Notes: generated by a model from the letters alone, not told the origin. Positions 38,719 through 51,828 are shown, counted from the stretch's first letter. The stretch is 64,000 nt of DNA from Octopus sinensis (GCF_006345805.1 NC_042997.1:13826001-13890000), one strand, 5' to 3'. Numbers and translations are program-made.

Positions 38719-39859
38719 ATGCATATATGTGTACAGGTGTCACAAAACATAACATTGAAATATGGAAATAAAGTATTGTGCGCAAGCAATGAGAGAAACA
38801 AATGGAAAACAAGACAAGTGACATAAAGAACGACCCTTCATCAGTTGTCGGCTGTCCTTCTACTCCTTATTTGGAGCAATGAACAGCAATATAAGACATT
38901 GAAAGCAGTTGCACCCGCGAACCAAAATGAAATTTGGGATTTACGGCTGGTAACAAAAGCAGGACTGTGGAGACGTACAAGGAAACCAACGTAAACAAAC
39001 ATGTAGGGCCGTTAGACCAGACGAGGTAAAGTAGTCAACGCAGGAGAAATATTGTCTTTGACAAGAGACAAGATGGAAGAGGAGATAGATAGGAATACAT
39101 GTAGTCTGTACGACAACACTGAATGAATAGAAAGATGATCACGTGTAGTAAAAGATGGACGATGGTTACATGTAAGGAACGAGAGGGAAAGAGTACAGAA
39201 GGAAGTGAGGGAGAGAGAGAGAGACAGATAGAAAACGGTGAAGGGGAGAAAAAATAGAGAAAGGACGAGGGAGAAATCGAAAGGGGGACAGATAGAGGGA
39301 GAGAACAGTAAAGGGTAGAGTCATATCAAAAATGTTAAGATAAACTTACTTGGAGATAGATGCGTAGCGTTCAATCAAATAATAATATAGATTATATATA
39401 TATTAATGATAATAATAATATTATAACAAAAGAAAGAATGACACCCCAATAGTATGTAAAATAAAGGAATTTATCTATAGATATATGTGACAATTAGTTG
39501 GTTGTCATAATAAAACTCGGAGTTTCAGATACCGGTGCTGAAAACTGCTCCAGCATCTCATCAGTTAGCCAATTCAGTAATTCTTCAGTATTAGTCAATT
39601 CAGTAATCATTCCAGGGCAATCACTTAGTTAAGAATACTTCATTTAGATTGTCTAAGTTATCTGCTAATTCTGACATTTTCAATAAGACTGAATAAGACT
39701 CTGCCTTATTTAAAGCAGCTTATACAGATAAAGTTACCTACATTAATTCCATTCAATCTTATTCTACATTTACTAATGGAGACATGAAATCTAGTATTAA
39801 GGATACTAGATTTTAACAATTTTAATTTATACAACACCAAGCAGAGGAAGAGAGATAAC

Positions 39860-40595
39860 TCTTATTTAAACTCCTTTTTCCATTCTAAAGGTAAATCAAT
39901 GTCTTTTAAATATAGTTACACTAAAAATAAAGCAACTAATAGTAAAACTATTTGGTTGATTATTCCTTATGGGAGGAAAATTAAATCTAATCTTCCTTTG
40001 CAGTTTCGGGAAGCTATTATTAGGAATTTTCCAAAGTATTCTATTATCAACTCGCACACGGTTAGGATTTGTTTTTCCAACACAAAAAACTCTTACAAAT
40101 TATCTCCTCACATAATATTAGTCTGTTAAATAACAATACATTTACTAATAATAACATTAATTTAGCTAATACCATCCATCCCCCTAGAAATATTAATAAC
40201 AATGTTATTGTCTCTGAAGTCAATTCCAATAGAATTAAGTTTATGTCAAGTAATTCTAAAATAAAAAGGTTAAAACCCAGTGTAAAATTAATTCAGGTAC
40301 CGATGTCTTTTTTTAATATAGGTAGTTCTCAGTTATCTAAAAAAATTTCTTATCATTACTCTACATTTAGGGATAAGAATAAACGTAACAGTACATGGCT
40401 TAGTAAATTAATTTGGTATCTAACAGACCATAATAAACAATATAATTTAGATTGGTTTATTCCCTCTATTTCGTTCCCTTATGATAAAGGCAAGAAATTC
40501 TGTCTTCTCTGTAATTGTGAACTATTTTTTATTCTTTTTCTAAAAATCCCATTGTAAACACGGTTATAGAGCGTGCTTACCGATGTAAGCATTGA
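39860..40595 (+). pseudogene. Degenerate Penelope-like ORF 3' end (RT thumb/linker + GIY-YIG variant)
   Basis: Frameshifted motifs: IW.IIPY...FREAIIRNFP.YSIINSHTVRICFSNT; HYSTFRDKNKRNSTWLSKLIWYL...WFI....YDKGKKFCLLCNCE; terminal RCKH. These resemble the N.T.LSK.IW.LK / C.LC..EK / CRH pattern of one PLE group. Confidence 0.7.
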
Positions 40596-40633
40596 TAGAA
40601 ACACACCTTTAGTTCATATAAGTGATATCTACC

Positions 40634-40673
<40 letters not shown>

Positions 40674-40678
40674 CACAT

Positions 40679-41075
40679 AGGTGCAGACGTGGCCCTGTGG
40701 TAAGAAGCTTGCTTCCTAACTACATGGTTCCGTGTTCAGTCCAACTGCGTGGCACTTTGGGCAACTAACTTCTACTATAGCTTCAGGCCGACCAAAGCCT
40801 TGTGAGTGGAGTTGATAAACGGAAACTAAAAGAAGCCTATCGTACATATTCACATATATATGGGAACTTTTGTGTGTCTGCGTTTGTCCCCACCCCACCG
40901 TCGCTTGACAACCGATGTTGGTGTGTTTATGTTCGCGTAACGTAGCGGTCCAGCAAAAGATACCGATAGAATAAGTCCTAAATAATAATAAGTCCTGGGG
41001 TCGATTTCTTCGACTACAGGTGGTGCTCCAGCATGGCCGCAATCTAATGGCTGATACAAGTAAAAGGATAAAGGA
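40679..41075 (+). mobile_element. Group B SINE, full length
   Basis: Head gtggccctgtggtaagaagcttgcttcc, tail gctccagcatggccgc...caagtaaaag. Confidence 0.9.
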
Positions 41076-41099
41076 ATTCATATATATTATTATTGACGT

Positions 41100-42240
41100 T
41101 GCACGTGGGCTTGAAAGAGGAAGGTTGTGTGTTCGTGAGTTGTAAGTTTTCGTTCAGTTTTTACAGATGATATTGTATCAAAACCTTTTACGACATTTTT
41201 TTGGCCATGCCGAGTGGGCTCTTGCTGAGTTGAGCGGATAGGCGGGATTTTACCCCTTTTGAGGCGAATTTTCAATTTAAATTCTCCATTCTTTTCATTT
41301 TTCAATTTTAAAATTTACAAAACGTCCTTGGAGAAGAGTGTCGGCTCTTAATTTCTAATTGACTTTCCCCTCTGCTTTCGGAAAACAGCCAAAGGGTTTT
41401 AAAATTGTCTCCACCCTCTGTGCGCCGTAAAAGGCAGAGTGAGGGAAAGTAAAATTCTTGCTAGCACGTGCAACGCTGAGCAAGACAAGGAAAAAGAAGA
41501 AAAGTAACGCGAGAAAGAATAGGAAAAGAGTAAAGAAATTCAGCTAATGGACGCTGCTAGCGTCGCAATACCTGTGAATCCAAGCCCTCCCACTACCACA
41601 ACTAGCACTAACACCTTGAACACTCAACAACAACAACCATTTCATTAAACAGCTGACAAAGCCTAGAAATGAATTCATTGAAGTTTCTGTAGAAATGAAT
41701 TCATTGAAGTTTCTGTAGAATCCCTCAAAGACTATAGAAACATGTTAAAAAGAAATAGCGAAAGATGTGTTTCGATGAACACACTTCCAGATATTATAGA
41801 CAATGCAAACAAATGTACCATAGAGTACAAAATTATATCTTTAAAAAATAGACGTTTAGAAACTGCTGCATATCAAGCAGTTGAAAAATGCTTGCAACCC
41901 TTTTGGAAAGACGTAACATATCTCTCGTGGGGTAAGAAATATGCAACAATTGAAGACGTAGCAAATCAGTACTCGACAGTCCAGCTGAGAAACAGTCCTA
42001 GTTCCAACATACTTGGGACGGCGCGTCGCCAAAATAAAAATACTGGTGACACCACCAGAAATGAACTCTTGCTGGATTGTTGTAGCCGTCCTCCTCGACT
42101 TGGTAGATAAAATTAGAATAATCCAAGTCGAGAAACAAGAAACAAGGAAATATCAAGTGAACTGGTCTGGAATTGCAAAAATAATGGTCCAAATAAACCA
42201 AGACGCTTTGAACAATTTTTGCAGTTCCAAGCAATGATGA
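41100..42240 (+). mobile_element. Probable 5' UTR + degenerate ORF1 of an L1/Tx1-like LINE
   Basis: Two long overlapping frames (41742-42110, 42013-42237) join by frameshift into ...QYSTVQLRNS/PTYLGRRVAKIKILVTPPEMNSCWIVVAVLL, which I recall from invertebrate LINE ORF1s; 26-bp tandem duplication at ~41666-41720. Confidence 0.4.
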
Positions 42241-42294
42241 TTTTTGTATGTTTTCTATCTTTACATTTGTACCAATCTTTTTGACCCATAAAAA

Positions 42295-42326
<32 letters not shown>

Positions 42327-44034
42327 CATTATTATTATTATTTCGTTAGCAGGGTTCCCTTTCTGGTGGTATTAGGAACTACAGAATAACTTTATATATA
42401 CTACAGAGTCCTAAACCTTTGTGGTCTATTTTTATTATATATCATACTTGGTCAAATAATTACTGTTCCAGTTGCCATTATGATTGGTATACTACCAGAA
42501 ACTCAATACGCGTCCCTAATTCACCACAATAGCAATCGTACTTTTAGGAACGATTTACTTAGGTATTTTTTTTATAAAATGGGATACACCGATTTGCTTA
42601 AATGACGCGCTCTTAAGAGCTTTTTCGATTAGCCTGTTATTGAAATATTTGCAGTGTTCATTTTCATCCTTTTATGTACTACAGTCTACAACGGTATTTG
42701 GTTTGCATGATTCGTGATATGAAATCATGTTGAAACAAATTTTGTATCTTTGGATTATCATTACATGTGTTTATTTTTAGCATAATTAATGATCATCCAA
42801 GAACAAAAAGTGTGTAAGCACTTTCGTTGTGCAACTCTTCAAACGCAAATGTTCTAGGCTAATGCGTATAGAAGATGTTTTTAGTAATAGCGTTTGCTAT
42901 TCGCGGTTTAGTTTCGGATTTAGAATTCGTATAAAATATTCTTCTTTTTCCTCTTGTAGTTTAATATTTTGGTGAATAAACCTTGCGAAAATCAAAGCAA
43001 AATAAATCTCAATCTCTGTCTCACGAAGAAACCTTCAGATAGAGCGTGAAAACAAAAATGTAAATATAAATATTTGATTTCTAGACACCCATAATCCAAA
43101 GAACTACAATATCCTACATTCAGCCAAATGACACCTCCCAATTCTATATCGGTCATTGAATCTCCAACAAAGAACTTTGAAAAAAATCATTATCCATCAA
43201 CAAATGAAGATATCCGTCATATCTCAAGACGCTTCTAACAAGGATGAGATTCAAATCGAAGAAGAAATAATACAAGTAACAAACTGTGGAGACCCTCGTT
43301 GGGGGATTTGGGAAGTAACTGAAAGAAGGAACAACCAACAATGAGAAGGAATCGAAATTGAATGTACATATGAATTTCAAGTACCTACTATGTACGTACT
43401 TCCTGCTATGTCCAAAAGGATAGCCTCATTCCATTTCACTCATCTCGTGAATAGAGAAACTTACCCCACCTTCTACAGTTACCTTTGCAGCTCAGCCCAA
43501 CTATCATCACCAACTCATCAACATCACCATCATTATCATTATCATCGTCAGCAATATCATCATTGATACCCTAATCATCTTCACCACTACCACTATTTTC
43601 ATAGCTTTGTATTATATTAACAGCTTATCCACAATTACCCTAATTACTTTCAACACCATTATCTGCACACAGAACTTTACTATCAAAAAAATCATCATCG
43701 CTTCATATCATTATCATCACTTTCATCATTATTATTACCATCTTTTCCACCAACATCATCTTCTTCAGCGCCCGCACCGTCGTAATCTTGAGATTCATCG
43801 CATCAGCGCCACCATGTTTACCCATCATTACCATCAACGTTATCAACACTATTACCATCACTGCTTTCATTATCATCTTCAACATTATCATTGCCATCTC
43901 CCCCATTATCATTACGACACTACCATTATCAGTAATATAAATGTCATTAGCGACTCTGACTTGCATTCCAGCATCAATATCACATTTATCAACATATTCA
44001 TCAACAAAGCTACCGCACCTATTCTGTTGTTCCT

Positions 44035-44156
<122 letters not shown>

Positions 44157-44334
44157 ATCCTAACAAATATCATATAAGTCCCACAACTTTCCTCCTTAAG
44201 AGTATTTTTTCTTTATTTATTGTTTTGGTAATATATTTGCCATTTAGTCCTAATAATGTAAGTTGTTATTTCTAAACGGCCCAACAACGTTCATATAGTT
44301 AGAAAATCCAATGACACATACATACATACATATA

Positions 44335-44376
<42 letters not shown>

Positions 44377-44378
<2 letters not shown>

Positions 44379-44604
44379 GGAGTAAACACATAAATGTGAA
44401 ACAAGGTGGAAAAAAGAGTACTCAAATACCAGTGGTAGAGTAATATGCTTTATTTTAAGCAGCAGAAAATTCAACAAAATCTGTTACTCTGAGCTTCTCG
44501 TTGCCGTTCATCAGACAGTTTTTGCTAGTCTGAAGAACGGCAACGAGAAACTCAGAGTAACAGATTTTGTTGAATTTTCTGCTGCTTAAAATAAATTATA
44601 TATA

Positions 44605-44650
<46 letters not shown>

Positions 44651-44888
44651 TATATATATTATATATATATATATACCGGAGTAAACACATAAATGTGAAA
44701 CAAGGTGGAAAAAAGAGTACTCAAATACCAGTGGTAGAGTAATATGCTTTATTTTAAGCAGCAGAAAATTCAACAAAATCTGTTACTCTGAGCTTCTCGT
44801 TGCCGTTCATCAGACAGTTTTTGCTAGTCTGAAGAACGGCAACGAGAAACTCAGAGTAACAAATTTTGTTGAATTTTCTGCTGCTTAA

Positions 44889-44894
<6 letters not shown>
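44377..44894. repeat. Two tandem units (299-bp period), each with a 68-bp-arm hairpin built from inverted hammerhead-like motifs
   Basis: Arms 44449-44516 / 44528-44595 (66 of 68 complementary, 11-nt loop); repeated at 44748-44894; separated by (TA)n. Confidence 0.9.
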
Positions 44895-44940
<46 letters not shown>

Positions 44941-44945
<5 letters not shown>

Positions 44946-45145
44946 ATCCAAACAAGAAAACAAAAAGACAACAACGCAAGGATGTGGAACAAATAAAGTA
45001 TTATTAGACGCTCAGGAAAGAAGGGAAGAAGGAGGGTTTGACGTTTCGAGCGGAGCTCTTCGTCGGAAACATAGGAGAAGGAAAGATCCCGAGACGGGAG
45101 GACAGAGGAAAAAAATCGCCGGTGGTATTCACGAGGTCACATACT
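44941..45145 (-). mobile_element. Family 2 hammerhead-bearing element (second copy)
   Basis: Reverse-complement homolog of 3320-3533; flanked by (TA)n. Confidence 0.75.
45036..45070 (-). ncRNA. Minimal type I hammerhead motif (family 2) with canonical GUC triplet
   Basis: Minus strand: GUUU-CCGACGA-A-GAGC-UCC-GCUC-GAAA-CGU-C-AAAC. Confidence 0.72.
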
Positions 45146-45174
45146 AAAAATATATATATATTACATACATACAT

Positions 45175-45550
45175 ACTCATCAGAACGCACGACCTGCTGC
45201 CAGTCCTACTCATTTCAAAGATTTGAGCAAAGTCGACTCCGACATCGGGAACAATTTTGTGCAAGCATGAATGCACGCTGGCAAAACGCTACCCCTCTAA
45301 ATGAAAACCTTACCTGTCATTGTGGCTTTGTGACAAGGAGCAAAGTATGCCTTGCCGTCCACTCAAAAACAAAAATAAAATCAATGGAGTAACTGTTACA
45401 CAAGCACTCAACAAACAGTGTACTCAACTTGTTCAATTGGTCAAAATGTTTGCAAGGCACCGGAACCTGAAGAGACACATGTATGTCCATATAAAATGAT
45501 TACCCCTTTCTCTTACAGAACCCTCTTTTGTCGTTCACAAGAGAATCCAT
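45175..45550 (+). mobile_element. 3' end of an RTE-like LINE with two degenerate C2H2-type zinc fingers
   Basis: Frame: TCCQSYSFQRFEQSRLRHREQFCASMNARWQNATPLNENLTCHCGFVTRSKVCLAVHSKT (FE..R...C.CG...S...L..H pattern of RTE C-termini); then a frameshifted TCSI.QKMFARHRNLKRHMYVH; ends tccatc. Confidence 0.6.
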
Positions 45551-45574
45551 CAAAGATACATATTTATATATATA

Positions 45575-46734
45575 CTAGCATTAAAGACCCGTCGTTGCCG
45601 GGTCATAGTGCTAGTGCATGTATATATGTGTATATAGATGTGTACATATTACATGTACATCTATATATATATATACATCTACACATAAAATACAAAATAC
45701 AAAGTTATATCTTGATATCGCTAGTGATAACGATACTCAAAATATGTGTAATTTCAATCAATTGTATCTCGTCCTCCCTCTTGTATAGAAGTGTGGCCAC
45801 AATCCAGCCTACCTCTACTTCTGGGGGGGGGGGGTCATTAAAAATTTTTTTCCGGGATGTCCAACGTCCCAGATATAAAGGTAAAAATAAAATATTTCCA
45901 CTTTGCAAGTTCGAGTCGAGTACTCCCTTGCACGCTCCCTTGACTCGAAACTTGCTTCTATTGTGGCGAATTTACCGCCTCTGATTAGATATCTTTCATA
46001 GTCGCACCAAGACACTTTACGAAGGTGCTTTCCTTCATGTGTTCAAATCTTCTTTTTTTCTACATTGTATACTTTATAGACAATAGTCTTTTCTTTCATT
46101 TAAGTTTTTATTATCCATCTGGACTATTCCATTTCTGCACGCTAATTTTATTTTTAATTTATTCCCATTCATATGAAACCACTTATTCAAGTTCAAGTCA
46201 TTGATGCAATTTTATACCAATTGCTATTTTTACTTTTGTTATGTTACGATTATATTATACTTTAGTTTGATTTTAATTATTACTTACTACATACAATTCA
46301 ATTGTTATTATTATTTTTATTGTTAAAGTGAAAGTAGCTGACATAAAATAGAGAAATGTTTTTGTTTCACTTTTAAAACATAATACTGAAATAGTGGAGA
46401 AGATATGATATTGCTATGGGCTCGCTCTAGGCAAGAAGTTGAACATTTTTGTTGCCCATGAAACTACATGGACCCTAAGTAAGACATGTGTAAAATTTGA
46501 ATGAAATTGGTTGTGTAGTTCTCAAGTTTTAGGGAATCGTAGTGGAGAAGATATGATATTGCTGTGGGCTTGCCCTAGGCAAAAAGTTAAAATTTTTTGC
46601 CGATGTCACTTCCCGGACCCTAAGTAAGGCATGTGTAAAATTTGAATGAAATTGGTTGTGTAGTTCTCAAGTTTTAGGGAAACACAGACAGACAGACAGA
46701 CAGATACACATTCTCAGTTTTATATATGTAAAGA
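45575..46734 (-). mobile_element. Non-autonomous Helitron with an internal ~148-bp tandem repeat
   Basis: Minus 5' end A|TCTTTACATATATAAAA...(gtct)n; 3' hairpin gacccggcaacgacgggtc (45586-45604) then CTAG|T at 45575-45578; two internal units at ~46392-46680. Confidence 0.85.
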
Positions 46735-47107
46735 TAAATGCCGATTGAGAGTCTTGTTAGAACATCGGATGGTTTGCCTTGCAACAGTTGTTCCAACTCT
46801 CCACGTTCTGAGTTCAAATCCGGCTGAGGTACTCTTCATCATTCAGCCTTGTGGAGTTGATATATAATGAAAGTGTCTTGTACACTGCTTGAATCTTATT
46901 TTCTTCTTTTTTATTTGTATAACCGTGTCCCTCCTAGACGTAATCGGCTGTGGCCAGACGTGAAGAGGATTGGGCCTTACTAAGTCTTACAAATAATGCC
47001 CAAGGAATTTTGTATATCATGACGGCACACTTAAAATTCTATCAGATAGCTTGGGATCCAAAGTAATCCACATGTATATAAACATACTCACACACACACT
47101 TGTGTAT

Positions 47108-47145
<38 letters not shown>

Positions 47146-47204
47146 ATGCGTGCGTAGATTGCCTGTGTGAATTGAAATTGCGTGTCATGTCATTCTGTAC
47201 AATA

Positions 47205-47690
47205 ATGTCTCAACAAAGTCTCCTTCTAAAGCGATGCATCTTCGCTATGGTTGAACTCACTTTGAACTCTTTGAACTCACTTTGAACACTTCGAACTGTA
47301 TAGTTGAACTTTTGAATTCACTTTGAAATTATTCAGGCGCACACTGTGGTAAATACCTATTCACAGACATTTTCACCTTATCGACCTTCTGAACCGAACA
47401 AGTAGAAGTTGAAGGGCTCCAATTCCAGGCTGTATGGTGGATGAGGGTCACCGACCATTCCGATTTGCGTTTTGTCATGGTGAATGCAGATCGTTTTCAG
47501 ATCCCAGTTTGATCTCTAAGGAAGCTTCTCTAATTTTTTGGTGTCTCAGTGTACCGCTCGCTATTCACGGAACAGCATTTCATATATGATTTAAAAGTTA
47601 TGCATGGATATGTCTGGTAGATTAGAAAATGATGATAATATCAACATGGTGTGCAGTCTCGTCTGGATTCCTGACCTCTGCATCAAGTCA
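47205..47690 (-). pseudogene. Degenerate mariner transposase remnant
   Basis: Minus-strand fragments VNSERYTET, IHHD, HPPYSLELEPFNFYLFG (YSPDL motif) and RRCIALEGDFVE; interrupted by ttgaactcact repeats. Confidence 0.75.
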
Positions 47691-47979
47691 TGTCTTAATG
47701 GGCATGCTTTTGCAATTCAAAAGCAGGAAATAGCTCGTGAATAAACGAAGTAATTAAGCTCTTAGAATCTCAAGATATAACTGTAATTATTGATTATGTC
47801 ATTCTTCTGGAGAGAACATAACATGTGTAATCAGCTGTCCAAAATTATCATCTGGATACTACCGTCAAAAGATTGTTTTTTTATGTTTTTTATTTATAAT
47901 TAGTGTTGCTTAATATGTTTGTTAAAATTGCTGTTGATTTTCAGATATCATCAGAAAAAGGTAATCAAAATTCATTAAA

Positions 47980-49060
47980 ATGACAGAACTATTGGACTTT
48001 CAATGAGGTCAAATTGTTGGTACTCGTATGGCAGGCGCTAGCGTAACGAAAACAGCCGAAATGTTTGGTGTATCAAGAAGTACTGTCTCGAAAGTAATGA
48101 CAGCTTTTGAGAAAGTGGGAAAAACCTCCTCGTGGAAAATAAACTCCGGAAGAAAACCAAAACTTTCAGATAGGGACCCTCGGACTTTTACAGGAATTAT
48201 TAGAAAGGATCACAAAAGTACAGCTCCCAAAATTACTGCAGAGCTTAATGACTACCCTGAGAACCCAGTTTCCACAAAAACTGTTCGCTGGGAGATGTAC
48301 AAAGCTGGATTTCACGGGAGGGCTGCAATCAGAAAACCGCTACTTTCAAAAACAAACTTTGCAATGCGTTTACAGTGGAGTAAAAACCTACAGAATTGGT
48401 CCTTAGTCGAATGTTATTTTCTCGGACGTGTCATCCTTTACCTTACTTCCAACCACCGGCCGAGTATACGTGTGGAGAGAGCTAAAAGAAGCATTTGACA
48501 CAGAATACCTTCTTCCAACTGTTAAACATGGAAGAGGATCTGTGATTATCTGGTGAAGGGCTATATGTTGGAAATCCACCGGCCCAATTGTTTCCCTTCA
48601 TGTCGGAATTAATAGTCAAGATTATTTAAGCATTTTATCCAATCAAATTCATCCTATGGTTGCGGAACTGTTTCCGGTGGGAAACGGAATCTTTCAGGAT
48701 GATAATGCACCAATTTACACAGCTAAAGTTATTACTGAATGGCACGAGGAACATTCTAGTGAAGTTAAACATCTTATCTGGCCATCACAGTCCCCAGATC
48801 TCAATATTATTGAACATTTATGATGCATTTTAGAAAAAGAAATAAGGAGTCGATATCCTCCACCATAATCGCTACGAGAACTGGAGACTGTTTTAGCTAA
48901 AGAATGGACAAAAGTTCCTTTGGAAACAATTGAAACTTTGTACGAGTCCATATTTCATAGAATTCAAGCTGTAATTATTGCCAAAGGCGGTCCTACCCCA
49001 TATTAAAATAAATTTGTTTGAAATTTTAAGGTGTTTCCATTATTTTGTCTAACCCCTGTA
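47980..49060 (+). mobile_element. Tc1-like DNA transposon, transposase pseudogene with right TIR
   Basis: ATG at 47980; HTH GASVTKTAEMFGVSRSTVSK, SGRKPKL; catalytic region TVKHGRGSV, FQDDNAP, WPSQSPDLNIIEHL, KGGPTPY* (stop 49004-49006); several stops and a frameshift; TIR ggtgtttccattattttgtctaacccctg|TA at 49030-49060; left TIR not found. Confidence 0.92.
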
Positions 49061-49494
49061 TTTATTTGGGAAAGAAAAGAAAAGTTATGTATATTCATAC
49101 AAATACCTTACACTGCAGATGTGAGCATATCTTCTAAAATCAGTGAGAATATCTGTGGACAGCAGCATGGAAACCTGCCACTCCTCTACCTAGGATTATA
49201 AATACAAATAATTGTTGGTGCTCTAGATTATGTAAATACATAAGCCACAATCCGACGAAACCAGGGTTTTTAAGCAAAGAAAGAGGTGGATAACATGAAA
49301 TTTAGATATAATCTTTAAGATGAAACAGTGAAAACATGCAAGAATTTCTTCAAGATTGATCTGTAACAATTATTGTAACCCAAACTTCGGTCATGGAGCT
49401 TTTGCTTTCTATTAAGAAACCAGCTCTCACATTTTAGAAAGAATAGTAATAAAGAAAAAGATCATTCATGCACACATGCAAGCATATTCATTTT

Positions 49495-49753
49495 TCTTTT
49501 ATTTGTTTCAGTCATTTGATTGCGGCCATGCTGGCACCGCCTTTGGTGGAACAAATCGACCCAAAGACTTATTCTTTTTAAGCCTAGTACTTATTCTATC
49601 GGTCACTTTTGCGTCTACTAAATCCACTCACAAGTCAATGGTCAGCCTGAAGCTATAGTAGAAGACACCTGCCCAAAGTGCCACACAGGAGGATTGACCC
49701 CAGAACCATGTGGCTGGGAAGCAAGCTTCTTACCACACAGCCACGCAGACGCT
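49495..49753 (-). mobile_element. Group B SINE with internal deletion
   Basis: Head and tail of group B joined, lacking the internal microsatellite segment. Confidence 0.82.
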
Positions 49754-50044
49754 TATATATATATATATATAAATGTCAAAGCCTGTTAACGAATGGTAAT
49801 ATGCGCATGTATTTGATATACAGCTATATATGTTCATTTGCATATTGTGCGTGTGCGTGTGCGCGTGCGTGTATGCGTGTGGCTGTGTGTGTGTGTGTGT
49901 GTGTATGTGTGTGTGTGTGCGTGTGTGTGTTATATGGTGTGAATGTGTGAAATACATAGAGTATTTCATGCTCGAAAATTCACTTTATATTTTATACGTA
50001 CACAAATGTTTGTATTAACTGCATAATTGTTTAGTGTATCTGTA

Positions 50045-50205
<161 letters not shown>

Positions 50206-50738
50206 CGCGCTCACTTTTGCTTACAGTAAATATACCAAGTTCATTCGGAAATAACTACGTTCAGAATAAATCAGGTGATGACAACAGCACAAAATGTATA
50301 CTGGATCAAAGTTTAAATCATGTAAAAAGTAAAAAGGTTTTGTGTGAAATCTGCTTCGGTGCACTAAATATGAAATACAAGGCTTTTTGCTCGCGATATC
50401 AATAAGCGTCACAAAGCCTATTCAATCGAATCATTTATATTTCCTTTTCAATTTCATTATCGCTCTCTAATCTAATCCTAAACAAATAAAATGTCGTTTT
50501 ATTGCTTACAATATAATCTGTTTAGCATTTTATTTTATCATCTTGTTATTGTTTCATGAATAAAAATACAATATTTTGATTAATTCTATTTTCCGCGGAA
50601 ACAATAGAAAATCTTGTACAATTTCTCTGTCTGCTCTTTTTCTCGAATCATTGTCTGTGTTTCGTTTTTTCTCTTTATTTCTCTCACTTTCATTCCCTTC
50701 ATATCTCTCTCCCCCACTCTCTCTCTCTCTCTCTCTCC

Positions 50739-50774
<36 letters not shown>

Positions 50775-51176
50775 GACACACAAATACTTAGATACACACA
50801 CATATACACGCCTACTGTTTACTCACCTTATGGCAGCACTATTTCACAAATTCCTCTGTTTCTTTCAGCACCTTGTGTTTTCGAAATGTAAATCTATTTA
50901 CCATCATTTTGGAATAATTTCTTGGAACTTTCTAGTGTCAACATCAACCATCTCGCCCTAATCTTCGTCAAAATATCTTCGATATGCATTGCATTAAAAT
51001 ATGTAGTTGGGAGATTATTTTATTTTTGATGCTGTCTGGTTGTTGTGAACTTTGCTTTTCTTCATAGAATCTAGAATTATCAAATTTGTTAATGCGATCA
51101 AATATCCCCTAAAGTGTAAGATGTACAACTAGAAGAGTTCTAGTGACGCTTATTCTAAAACAATATTTCAGAAAAT

Positions 51177-51410
51177 TCGGGCGGCGAGCTGGCAGAATCG
51201 TTAGCACGCTGGGCGAAATGCGTAGCCGTATTTCGTCTGCCGTTACGTTCTAAGTTCAAATTCGCCGAGGTCGACTTTGCCTTTCATCCTTTGGGGGTCG
51301 ATAAATAAAGTACCAGTTACGCACTGGGGTCGATGTAATCGACTTGATCCGTTTGTCTGTCCTTGTTTGTCCCCTCTGTGTTTGGCCTCATGTGGGTAAT
51401 AAAGAAACAG
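51177..51410 (+). mobile_element. Group C SINE, full length
   Basis: 14-bp TSD atatttcagaaaat at 51163-51176 and 51411-51424. Confidence 0.9.
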
Positions 51411-51828
51411 ATATTTCAGAAAATAACTTTATAGAAGACTTTTGACATAGAATGTGAAAATATGTGTGTCCTCAGCTTTGAGTGAACTGCTATTTAATGC
51501 AGAAACAGCTGTAATCTAATGAAGGTGATTACATAACTTCTGTTTTATTGTCACTTTAATTATGTATCTTGTACAGATAGTAAACCTGCCCCGATTCCTC
51601 TGAACTAGTTGTATACCACTTTCAACCATTTCCATCCGACACACTGGTCTTATCCCTTCTTGTTGTCTGTAACGTGTCATGTCATTCAGTCCTTGCACTG
51701 CAGTGTAAGATGTACAAATATTGACAACACCCTGGAAATATTGGAGCAACTACAATTCTCTTCCCTACTACGTTTTTCTTATGACCTTCGAGGGTTATAA
51801 GCACTACATCTTCCTCCGAACTACGCTA

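Noticed and set aside
38830-38880. Minus-strand CUGAUGAAGGG hammerhead half-core in a pLTR-like region
   Set aside because: No correctly placed stem II plus GAAA could be found.
46392-46680. Repeat-spacer-like appearance (CRISPR-like)
   Set aside because: Only two long diverged units inside a Helitron in eukaryotic DNA; no unique spacers or cas genes.
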